DNA of 18,146 nucleotides from a virus (Duplodnaviria; Heunggongvirae; Uroviricota; Caudoviricetes): IMG/VR virus record IMGVR_UViG_2534682222_000018, positions 1 to 18,146 of that record; one strand, 5' to 3'. Shown piece by piece: positions 7,815 to 15,317 of this stretch (position 1 is its first letter; each line of letters starts with the position of its first letter). The notes under the pieces were generated by a model. It saw only the letters and a program-made list of their open reading frames with translations, ran no database searches and was not told where the DNA came from. The position numbers and the translations under genes were made by a program.

Positions 7815-7886
7815 TTAACTACGAGTTAAGGTTATATCTTAACTGACAGTTATGTCAACTCTAATTGATAATTAACGAATGGTTAA
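7815..7886. promoter_or_regulatory. OR-like operator cluster with divergent PR (cro) and PRM (leaderless cI) promoters
   Basis: Three TTAAC-N5-GTTAA dyads: 7815-7829, 7839-7853 and 7872-7886 (the last overlaps the cI ATG). PR on minus strand: -35 TTGACA (plus 7853-7858), 16-nt spacer, -10 TATAAC (plus 7831-7836). PRM on plus strand: -35 CTGACA 7843-7848, -10 GATAAT 7867-7872. Confidence 0.5.
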
Positions 7887-8655
7887 AAAAGACGATTTAA
7901 AAGAAGAATTCTCGAAAAGACTTCGCGCTGCATTGCTTGATGCTGGCGTTGGTGGTCGTGGGCAGGCTGGTAGGATCAGAGAGGCTATGAAGTCCCAAGG
8001 AATTACTGTATCTGAGCCCGGGATCTGGAAATGGCTTAACGCATCAGCGATACCAGACCAAACCAATATCCTTGCCCTTAGCCGCTGGCTTGGGGTACGG
8101 CCTGAGTGGCTTGAATACGGAAGGAATGATCCCGAACCTGAACTGCGTAGGGAGTCATCTATCCCTCCAGAATCTGAATGGGGAACTGTTGACGCCTGGG
8201 ATAAAAACACACCGCTTCCTGCTGACGAGGTTGAAGTGCCGTTTCTTAAGGATATTGAATTTGCGTGTGGCGATGGACGCGTACACAGCGAAGATCACAA
8301 TGGTTTTAAGCTCAGGTTCTCAAAGGCAACCCTCCGCCGCGTTGGAGCTAACACAGATGGGTCTGGCATCCTGTGTTTCCCTGCTACTGGCGACAGCATG
8401 GAACCTGTGATACCGGATGGTACGACTGTAGCCGTCGATACGAACAACAAACGCATAGTTGATGGGAAACTGTATGCCATTGGTCAGACAGATGGCGGGA
8501 ATGGTCAACTCAAGCGCATTAAACAGCTGTATCGTAAGCCAGGTGGAAAACTGATCATCCGCAGTTACAACAACGATTCCTACCCAGACGAAGAGGCTGA
8601 TATTGATGATGTTGAAATAATCGGACGTCTTTTCTGGTATTCAGTGTTGCTGTAG
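7879..8655 (+). CDS. cI: CI-like repressor (N-terminal HTH, C-terminal S24 LexA-like autopeptidase)
   Basis: 258 aa. C-terminal GDSMEP (Ser nucleophile) and QLKRIK (Lys) motifs. Divergent from cro. No SD upstream of the ATG, consistent with a leaderless transcript. Confidence 0.85.
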   Translation: MVKKDDLKEEFSKRLRAALLDAGVGGRGQAGRIREAMKSQGITVSEPGIWKWLNASAIPDQTNILALSRWLGVRPEWLEYGRNDPEPELRRESSIPPESEWGTVDAWDKNTPLPADEVEVPFLKDIEFACGDGRVHSEDHNGFKLRFSKATLRRVGANTDGSGILCFPATGDSMEPVIPDGTTVAVDTNNKRIVDGKLYAIGQTDGGNGQLKRIKQLYRKPGGKLIIRSYNNDSYPDEEADIDDVEIIGRLFWYSVLL

Positions 8656-8771
8656 AGGCGAAGCTGCGGCTGGTCTGATCGGCAAGGTGTTTTGGTCGGC
8701 GTATAGTTGGTGATTGGCTATGATTTGTCATTTCGATGGCGGCAAATCAAGCTAAAGCTTAGAATGAAGGT

Positions 8772-9356
8772 ATGAAAATGATTACAGGAATCGAAGCGCT
8801 AGCTTTACAGGCTACAGATATCCTTGCAGCCTCCAGGGCGGCGCAGCAAATAGTTTCCCCACTTGCCAGAGCTAACTCGAGACTGGCACAGTCTGCCATG
8901 CCTGAAAATCCTGATGAAGTTAAGCACGCCTTAGATCGTGCCTCTATTGCGATTGCAGGTGTAGAGCGCAAATTAGTTGAGTGCAATGAAATAGTTAATT
9001 CATTAAACACACTTTCTGATGAAGATCTTCATTTCACCAATGAGTTTCTCATTGAATTAAAGGTTAGGGCTGAAATGCTGACTGGGCACATAGAGAATTT
9101 ACGCGATGTGTTTTCTCTAGTTGAAACGTCGAGCGCTTGGAAGCCTTACATGCCATTGGTTTATGAAAAAAAACGCAAAGCAATTCGCTCTGTTTCTGAT
9201 CTGCGAAATGCATATCTAAACATTGCTCTCCTGGCAGAGCAATTTGTCTCACCCGTGCCGACCGTAAGCAGTAGTGTTGAGGGTAACTCAGAGGAATTTT
9301 CATCTGCACTCTCCGCATCACGCCAGCTGCTAAAAATCGGCTCGGAGTGGAGATAA
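8772..9356 (+). CDS. Hypothetical helical protein, gene 1 of a two-gene module downstream of cI
   Basis: 194-aa ORF; alternative start ATG 8778 has a better-spaced AAGG. AT-rich relative to cI. Predicted mostly helical, no recognised catalytic motif. Stop TAA overlaps the gene 2 ATG (TAATG). Confidence 0.6.
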   Translation: MKMITGIEALALQATDILAASRAAQQIVSPLARANSRLAQSAMPENPDEVKHALDRASIAIAGVERKLVECNEIVNSLNTLSDEDLHFTNEFLIELKVRAEMLTGHIENLRDVFSLVETSSAWKPYMPLVYEKKRKAIRSVSDLRNAYLNIALLAEQFVSPVPTVSSSVEGNSEEFSSALSASRQLLKIGSEWR

Positions 9357-9766
9357 TGGCAAGAGTTAGTATCCATTCATCATTAAATAATTCGGCGTTT
9401 ATACAAGGGCTTGCCAGAGAACTATCTCTTTATCTTAACGGCATCTCTTTATCCGGACGCCTTGGAAGAAATGGCGGCTTTGAACGTAATAATTCAGCGC
9501 AAACATCCGGCATCCTCAAAATCCACTTCAAAGCACCAGGAGAAGGTTTTTGGACTGATGCTATGCGACAATCAACCAGAACGAGCAATAACTACATAGT
9601 ATATGCGCGTCACTGGGATAAGGCTGATGCATTTCAAATCATCGCTGTGATTGCACCAGACGCTCACGAAACGGCTGACGCACTCCTGCCCAGGATTATT
9701 GATATTACGGAACAAGATTTTCACTCGCTAAGTGAGAGTCAAATAGATCGCCTAGAACATTATTAA
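9356..9766 (+). CDS. Putative YafO-like (RelE/ParE-fold) toxin-like protein, gene 2 of the module
   Basis: 136 aa from ATG 9356 (the track ORF starts at GTG 9347). Segment KIHFKAPGEGFWTDAMRQSTRTSNNYIVYARHWDKADAFQIIAVIAPDAHE resembles recalled E. coli YafO. About 38-42% GC over the stretches counted by eye. Confidence 0.45.
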   Translation: MARVSIHSSLNNSAFIQGLARELSLYLNGISLSGRLGRNGGFERNNSAQTSGILKIHFKAPGEGFWTDAMRQSTRTSNNYIVYARHWDKADAFQIIAVIAPDAHETADALLPRIIDITEQDFHSLSESQIDRLEHY

Positions 9767-9793
9767 CCCGGCCACCGCGCCGGGTTTTTATTT
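9767..9793 (+). terminator. Intrinsic terminator after the two-gene module
   Basis: GC stem CCCGGC/GCCGGG (9767-9772 with 9779-9784), 6-nt loop, then TTTTTATTT (9785-9793). Sits between convergent genes, so may act weakly on the minus strand too. Confidence 0.7.
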
Positions 9794-9994
9794 GCCCTTC
9801 CGTACCATCTCAGCCGCATCCCGTAGCATCCCCTTATGGATCACGTTTCCTACGGCTTTGCGCTTCCCTTCCAGAAATCCCACAATGTTGTCCTTATTGA
9901 TTTCAATTCCGTTATAAACCAGCTCGAACACTACGCACCCAACCTCTCCAGCCATGAAGGCCATTCGTTCATCTGCACGTTCATCTCGTTCCAT
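9788..9994 (-). CDS. Hypothetical small protein (68 aa), convergent with the two-gene module
   Basis: ATG 9994 preceded by AGGAGG with a 6-nt spacer; the track ORF extends to GTG 10036. Stop overlaps the terminator T-run. No family recognised. Confidence 0.5.
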   Translation of the reverse strand: MERDERADERMAFMAGEVGCVVFELVYNGIEINKDNIVGFLEGKRKAVGNVIHKGMLRDAAEMVRKGK

Positions 9995-10098
9995 AGCTAC
10001 CTCCTGATGTTTTTTGCAGCATAGCACGTACTGCACAAATCCATAACAGAACTAAATTAACCAATAAATCATAACCTTAATAACCAATGGCAAAATAA

Positions 10099-10141
10099 TT
10101 AACCAATGGTTATTGACTGAAAATAACCATTAGTTAATAAT
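10099..10141 (+). promoter_or_regulatory. PL-like promoter with two OL-like operators
   Basis: Same dyad type as at OR: TTAACcaatgGTTAt (10099-10113) and aTAACcattaGTTAA (10123-10137). -35 TTGACT 10113-10118, 17-nt spacer, -10 AATAAT 10136-10141, directed rightward. Confidence 0.5.
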
Positions 10142-10205
10142 CAGCTCATCGAAACGAAACATCGACAGCTGAGCGAAGTTAGCCAGCGGCGGACAGCAAG
10201 TCGCC

Positions 10206-10218
10206 TGCTTTTTAACAA
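10206..10218 (+). promoter_or_regulatory. boxA-like element in the PL leader
   Basis: TGCTTTTTAACAA matches the rrn-type boxA TGCTCTTTAACAA at 12 of 13 positions, about 70 nt downstream of the predicted PL -10. Confidence 0.35.
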
Positions 10219-10557
10219 CATGCAGATTTACAGCGTCAATGACCTGTTAAGACCCCTACACGTAAACGTGCTGTATCACCGGGTGCGATCCGGTCGGTGA
10301 GAGAGTATCCCCGCGCGAGAGCGAGAACGGCGTGAGAACGGGCAACACTGGCAGGGAGTTGGCGCTGACCAATACAGGGAATGTTATGGGATGTGGTGAA
10401 GGGTTCATGGACGGGAATATGTCGCACGTAAAGCGGCGAGGCCCGAGGAGCTATTGCCGAAGATAAGTAGGCCGAATCGGGTCGAAATGGGTCTCCCACC
10501 TACCACATCGCCAAAGCATTTCTCCCGCATCAGCGGGTAACGACAGAGGGTAAGGGG

Positions 10558-10854
10558 ATGATCGACGACATCAAGCGCATCGACTCAATGATAAATGCGC
10601 TTCGCAATATGAAACAGGACATCAAGCGTCAGCAGAAACTAAGTGAAATAAACAGTTTAGACCTGTCGCCGAAGCAAGCTCAAAAGCGCAATGCCGATGC
10701 TGACTGGATTGCGATGGAACAGATTAAGCGTCGGCATGAGCTGCACGCTCTGTCTGTTGAGCTTGGGTTCGCTGAGCGCCGGGAAAGTTATGCTCCATTT
10801 GAATTAACTGACGGGTGGCACCGATTCGACCACAAGCCGCGCGAACCTCAATAG
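10558..10854 (+). CDS. Hypothetical protein, first ORF of the PL operon
   Basis: 98 aa; ATG 10558 with SD AGAGGG and 7-nt spacer; followed directly by a terminator. Predicted helical/coiled-coil. No N-type arginine-rich motif seen. Confidence 0.55.
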   Translation: MIDDIKRIDSMINALRNMKQDIKRQQKLSEINSLDLSPKQAQKRNADADWIAMEQIKRRHELHALSVELGFAERRESYAPFELTDGWHRFDHKPREPQ

Positions 10855-10876
10855 CCGCCTAACCAGCGGCTTTTTC
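10853..10876 (+). terminator. Intrinsic terminator after the first PL-operon ORF (tL1-like position)
   Basis: Stem AGCCGC/GCGGCT (10853-10858 with 10866-10871), 7-nt loop, then TTTTT (10871-10875). Confidence 0.6.
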
Positions 10877-11010
10877 ATACCTGGAGTCATTTACGAGTGG
10901 CTCAAGTTATGACAACCGGCGGCCATCCACCGCCCATTGAAACACTGAATAAATGCGTTGAAGTCTTGTATTAACCGTTCCGTTCGCCGCGATAAGGCCA
11001 AGAGGAAATC

Positions 11011-11217
11011 ATGGTAAACCAGCACTACGGTACACAGACAGTAAACCGCGGCGCAGTTCAGCCGGGGATGCTCGTCAAACACAAGGATTCAACCTGGACG
11101 GCATCAGCTAATGCTCGTGGTCGTTTGTATCTGCATCGCGGCGTTGAGATGACTTACACCAGGGATTTGCTGGTTGAAGTTTATCTGAACGGTCTGGGGA
11201 ATGGCCTCAGCCATTAA
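11011..11217 (+). CDS. Hypothetical small protein (68 aa)
   Basis: ATG 11011 with SD GAGGA and 5-nt spacer. No family recognised. Confidence 0.45.
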   Translation: MVNQHYGTQTVNRGAVQPGMLVKHKDSTWTASANARGRLYLHRGVEMTYTRDLLVEVYLNGLGNGLSH

Positions 11218-11250
11218 CGGAGAGTTGCCAAAACACTTTAAGGACAGGTG

Positions 11251-11409
11251 ATGAAAAAAGAATGTGGTTATTGCCACAAGCCTGTTGAAGAAGGCGCAGA
11301 AGTAAAGAGCACCTTGCTCTATCTCAACGGTTCGCAACTGGCACAGAAAGAAAAAGAATATTGCTCTAAGCAATGCGCTGAATACGACCAGATGGCGCAC
11401 GAAAGTTAA
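11251..11409 (+). CDS. Small Cys4 zinc-ribbon-like protein (52 aa), not in the ORF track
   Basis: Hand translation: MKKECGYCHKPVEEGAEVKSTLLYLNGSQLAQKEKEYCSKQCAEYDQMAHES. CxxC and CxxxC pairs. SD AAGGACAGG upstream. The antisense track ORF 11104-11400 is low-complexity and rejected. Confidence 0.45.
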   Translation: MKKECGYCHKPVEEGAEVKSTLLYLNGSQLAQKEKEYCSKQCAEYDQMAHES

Positions 11410-11494
11410 ATAGCAGTCCTGAAATATGAAATGAAAAATTCGCCATTAATTTGGCGCGGCTTCTTACACCCTTAATTTAACAACTGGAGATTTT

Positions 11495-11782
11495 ATGGAA
11501 ATCGTAAAAATCGAAATGAACCTGAAAGCAGTGAATAAAGAAGTGGCTGCATTCAACTGCGAGAAGAAAGTATCAGGCGTTATTCACTCAACTACAAACG
11601 GTGAAACAACAGTCATTCTCGACGGTGGCTATGTGCTTGGCAAGTTTGATTGCCCGCACTGCGCCATTGAGGAGATCAGCTTGCTGGTACTCAAAATCAG
11701 CGATAGCGATTACGCCGGCTGGGGAACCTACCGTACATACAAGCAAGATTTTATGAATGAGGCGATCGTAGCCGTCAGTTAA
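11495..11782 (+). CDS. Hypothetical protein (95 aa)
   Basis: ORF in the PL operon upstream of recE. Contains CPHC and an earlier Cys. No family recognised. Confidence 0.5.
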   Translation: MEIVKIEMNLKAVNKEVAAFNCEKKVSGVIHSTTNGETTVILDGGYVLGKFDCPHCAIEEISLLVLKISDSDYAGWGTYRTYKQDFMNEAIVAVS

Positions 11783-11922
11783 GCGAAAGCCCACCGAAGT
11801 GGGCCCGCCATGTCCGGCCTCACCGACCAAAGTTACACCGGAAACAACATTAAAACCAAAGTTAACCCAATGGGCGCTATCAATGGTCCGGGGATTCTAA
11901 CACCCAAAAATGAGGATCTCAC

Positions 11923-14900
11923 ATGGAATTCTTTAATGTGGTTAAAGCCACTCAGAAATCCGGAAAGCAAGATGCAGTGGTCTGGTTCACTGCTAAAACC
12001 GAGGCTCGCGCCAATCTGATGCTGGATGTTGCGCTGGAAGATGCAGGTATCGAAACAGGTCGGGGTAAGGACTACGCCAAACCGATTCGCACTGATTTCC
12101 CAGTTGTCGACGGCCTGCCGAAAGAAGGTGAAGTTGATTTTACCTGGTGTGATCGCTACGAGCTTCAGGACGATGGGCGCACCTGGCTGCCAAAAGCCGC
12201 TGGTGTGTCTACTGGTTCCGTTGACGCCCCCTACACACCTACTCCGACCGTAATCGTTGAAGATGCGACTGCGTCCGAAATTGTCCCGGTTGAAAACCGT
12301 ACTCCAGCGGTCCGCTTTGCCGTCCATCTGATGAACGATAAATACCAAACCCACGTCACTAAAGAGCAGCAGTTGGCTGCCAGCGAAATGTCACTGGATG
12401 AAGGCAATACATATCTCCATAGCCTGCTTGTGGCAAGGAACGATGTGCCCGCGACCGCCAAACTCAGCCTGAATGCTGAGTGGAAAATGATTCGGGCGGT
12501 TAAGGACATTTTCACACCCGACGAAGAGCACGAACCAAGATTGATCGCTGCATTCATGTCTGACTGGGTGAACACCGATGCCGGTGACCGCAATCAACTG
12601 GTAGAAGACTGGCGCAGTGGTAAGTTGCAGTTGCTCAAAACTGAAACCAGCAACGCTGCTGACGTTACAACGGGTCAAGATCTCACTGTTGAGGACGGTA
12701 TCCAGACCGACGAGAACGGCCGGGCAGAAGGTGGCGTCGTTGATGGTGAAGTCGATACCGAAGAGCAATCCCAGCAGACACAGCAACCGAACCTGATCGT
12801 TGTTGCCACCCTGCCATTCCGCCAGCGCGTACTGGCTCAGTTCATCGGTGATGGTGAATATCTCTATCACATCGACGCAGGGCAGAAAAATGAGATTGTC
12901 CGCCTTGAGATGGACACCGATGACGCGTACGTCCAGAACCTGCTGCTGGCAGCTGAGAATGTGGAAGCATTCAAAAAAGCCATTGAGCACGATATTCATA
13001 AAGTCGTGAATGCCGTTAAGAAAGTCTTCCCTGTCGATGGAAAAATCCCTGAACTCGCAACCTTAATCCAGTTTTTGAAATTGTGGTTCGCTACAGATCA
13101 CATCGACCGCGGTATCCTCGTTCGCGAATGGGCCGCCGGTAATCGCATCAGTAGTGTGCAGCGTACTGATTCCGGCACTAATGCCGACGGCGGTTACGTC
13201 ACTGACCGTGGACCTGACGCACACCACACACTGGACACTCTCGATTTAGAGATTGCGTGTGCCCTTCTGCCTATGGACTTCAACCACTTCGAGATCCCGG
13301 GCAGCATTCTTCGTCGCGCTAAAGAAATCGTGACCAAAAAAGAAGAACCATGGAAATCATGGAGCAACATCCTGCGCAATCAGCCAGGCGTTCTGGGTGT
13401 TAACCGCACGGCTATTTTTAACCTGGTACGTATCGCACCGGAAAATATTCATTTAACTCCTGTCGCTCACCTGGAATTTGTTAACCAGACCATGACAGCC
13501 GCGTTCAATTCCGCGGTCGAGTTATTGCCGTTGCATGAGGCTGAACCCGCAGCACAGGAAATTCCCCAACCTGAAGGTAAGGAGTCTCCGCGCAAATCCT
13601 TCTGCACTCACGAAGAGAACCTGCAACGCGTGCGTGAAGAAGGAGCACGCCGCCGCGCAGAGGAAGCGGCAGCACAACCGCAGAAAGTCGAACAAGAACT
13701 GGTTAAAAATGTCGGCAACGGAATATTCGACGTTACGGCTTTGCTGCAGAACTCAGCAACTCATGGCACGAAAAAGGCTACGGAGACCACCAGCAATGTG
13801 CAGGTTCAAGAAACTGTCAGTGATGAAAAACAAGCTGGTGATGAAGTACAGCCAGGCGAAAGCAGTCTGGAGTCTGGTGAAGAGTCAGATACCAGCCAGA
13901 AGGACGATGTAAACCAGAATACGGATTCTGTCGCCAAAAATAGCGATTCTGTAAGCCAAACCGAACCAGTTGCAGCACAAACCGAGCCAGAAGCGCAATC
14001 TGACGAACCGGCTGTTGTTTATCCCGCTTATTTCGAGCCAGGCCGCTATGAAGGGCTGCCAAACGAGGTTTACCACGCCGCCAACGGCATCAGCTCAACC
14101 CAGGTGAAAGATGCGCGCGTTTCGCTGATGTACTTCAATGCGCGCCACGTAGAGAAAACCATCGTCAAAGAGCGCTCAGCGGTGCTGGACATGGGCAACT
14201 TGGTGCATGCGCTGGCGTTGCAGCCTGAACTACTGGACGCAGAATTCAGCGTTGAACCGGTGATCCCTGAAGGCGCATTCACAACGGCCGCGACCCTGCG
14301 CGCCTTTATCGATGAGCACAATGCCAGCCTGCCGGCGCTGCTGTCTGCCGACGACATCAAGGTGTTACTGGAAGAGTACAACGCCACCCTGCCGCCGCAG
14401 GTTCCGCTTGGCGATAACCTGGAAGAAACGGCACAGAACTATATGGCGCTGCCAGCTGACTTCCAGCGTATTGATGGTGACCAGAAGCAGACGGCGACGG
14501 CAATGAAGGCATGCATTAAAGAGTACAACGCCACCCTGCCGCCGCCGGTTAAAACCAGCGGCAGCCGTGACGCGCTGCTGGAGCAGTTGGCAATCATCAA
14601 CCCTGACCTTGTGGCTCAGGAAGCACAGAAACCGGCACCACTGAAAGTGTCCGGTACCAAAGCAGACATGATCCAGGCCGTGAAGGCAGTCAAACCAGAT
14701 GCCGTATTTGCCGACGAACTGCTGGATGCCTGGCGCGATAACCCGGAAGGAAAAGTGCTGGTCACCCGCCAGCAGCTGAGCACCGCGCTGAATATTCAAA
14801 AAGCGCTTCTGGCACACCCGACCGCCGGCATGCTGCTGACCCACCCTAGCCGAGCCGTTGAGGTGAGCTACTTTGGTTTTGACGAGGAGACGGGCTTGGA

Positions 14901-15312
14901 AGTTCGTGTGCGCCCTGACCTTGAGATCGACCTGGATGGCGTGCGTATAGGTGCAGACCTGAAAACCATCAGCATGTGGAATGTTAAGCAGGAAAGCCTG
15001 CGCGCCAGGCTACACCGGGAAATTATTGAACGTGATTATCACCTGAGCGCGGCTATGTACTGCGAAACCGCAGCGCTGGATCAGTTCTTCTGGATTTTCG
15101 TCAACAAAGACGAGAACTACCACTGGATCGCCATCATCGAGGCATCCGCTGAACTACTGGAGCTGGGTATGCTCGAGTACCGCAAAGCGATGCGCAATAT
15201 CGCAACCGGATTCGACACAGGTGAATGGCCAGCGCCAATCACTGCTGACTACACCGACGAACTGAACGACTTCGACCTGCGCCGCCTTGAAGCGCTGCGT
15301 ACTCAGGCATAA
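11923..15312 (+). CDS. recE: RecE-like exodeoxyribonuclease VIII
   Basis: 1129 aa; SD GAGGA with 6-nt spacer. N-terminus (DFPVVDGLPKEGEVDFTWCDRYEL) and mid-region (DRGILVREWAAGNRISSVQRTDSGTNADGG) match recalled E. coli RecE. C-terminal nuclease-type motifs (RPDLEID, IGADLKT). Immediately followed by recT. Confidence 0.85.
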   Translation: MEFFNVVKATQKSGKQDAVVWFTAKTEARANLMLDVALEDAGIETGRGKDYAKPIRTDFPVVDGLPKEGEVDFTWCDRYELQDDGRTWLPKAAGVSTGSVDAPYTPTPTVIVEDATASEIVPVENRTPAVRFAVHLMNDKYQTHVTKEQQLAASEMSLDEGNTYLHSLLVARNDVPATAKLSLNAEWKMIRAVKDIFTPDEEHEPRLIAAFMSDWVNTDAGDRNQLVEDWRSGKLQLLKTETSNAADVTTGQDLTVEDGIQTDENGRAEGGVVDGEVDTEEQSQQTQQPNLIVVATLPFRQRVLAQFIGDGEYLYHIDAGQKNEIVRLEMDTDDAYVQNLLLAAENVEAFKKAIEHDIHKVVNAVKKVFPVDGKIPELATLIQFLKLWFATDHIDRGILVREWAAGNRISSVQRTDSGTNADGGYVTDRGPDAHHTLDTLDLEIACALLPMDFNHFEIPGSILRRAKEIVTKKEEPWKSWSNILRNQPGVLGVNRTAIFNLVRIAPENIHLTPVAHLEFVNQTMTAAFNSAVELLPLHEAEPAAQEIPQPEGKESPRKSFCTHEENLQRVREEGARRRAEEAAAQPQKVEQELVKNVGNGIFDVTALLQNSATHGTKKATETTSNVQVQETVSDEKQAGDEVQPGESSLESGEESDTSQKDDVNQNTDSVAKNSDSVSQTEPVAAQTEPEAQSDEPAVVYPAYFEPGRYEGLPNEVYHAANGISSTQVKDARVSLMYFNARHVEKTIVKERSAVLDMGNLVHALALQPELLDAEFSVEPVIPEGAFTTAATLRAFIDEHNASLPALLSADDIKVLLEEYNATLPPQVPLGDNLEETAQNYMALPADFQRIDGDQKQTATAMKACIKEYNATLPPPVKTSGSRDALLEQLAIINPDLVAQEAQKPAPLKVSGTKADMIQAVKAVKPDAVFADELLDAWRDNPEGKVLVTRQQLSTALNIQKALLAHPTAGMLLTHPSRAVEVSYFGFDEETGLEVRVRPDLEIDLDGVRIGADLKTISMWNVKQESLRARLHREIIERDYHLSAAMYCETAALDQFFWIFVNKDENYHWIAIIEASAELLELGMLEYRKAMRNIATGFDTGEWPAPITADYTDELNDFDLRRLEALRTQA

Positions 15313-15317
15313 GGGGA

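Noticed and set aside
7872-8210. 112-aa minus-strand ORF
   Set aside because: Lies antisense inside the cI-like repressor gene and starts at GTG with no RBS; the cI frame carries the conserved S24 peptidase motifs.
8656-8771. Independent sigma70 promoter for the two-gene module in the cI-gene1 gap
   Set aside because: TATGAT and TTGGTG/TTGTCA hexamers are present but none pairs at 16-18 bp spacing; read-through from cI seems more likely, though a weak promoter cannot be excluded.
9347-9355. GTG at 9347 as the gene 2 start
   Set aside because: The ATG at 9356 overlaps the gene 1 stop (TAATG) and is preceded by GGAG-containing sequence, which is more consistent with coupling.
10236-10499. 87-aa minus-strand ORF in the GC-rich PL leader
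   Set aside because: GTG start with no SD; Pro/Arg/Ser-rich composition typical of a random frame in GC-rich DNA. The region is treated as a non-coding leader.
11104-11400. 98-aa minus-strand ORF
   Set aside because: Antisense to the better-supported 52-aa Cys4 ORF; translation contains a poly-Phe low-complexity run.
11789-11804. Hairpin after the 95-aa ORF as an intrinsic terminator
   Set aside because: GC stem with a CGAA loop but no downstream T-run; listed only as a possible RNA structure.
11833-15000. Several minus-strand ORFs (11833-12354, 12391-12999, 14070-14387, 14365-14844)
   Set aside because: All lie antisense within the 1129-aa recE reading frame, which has clear homology-type motifs at both termini.
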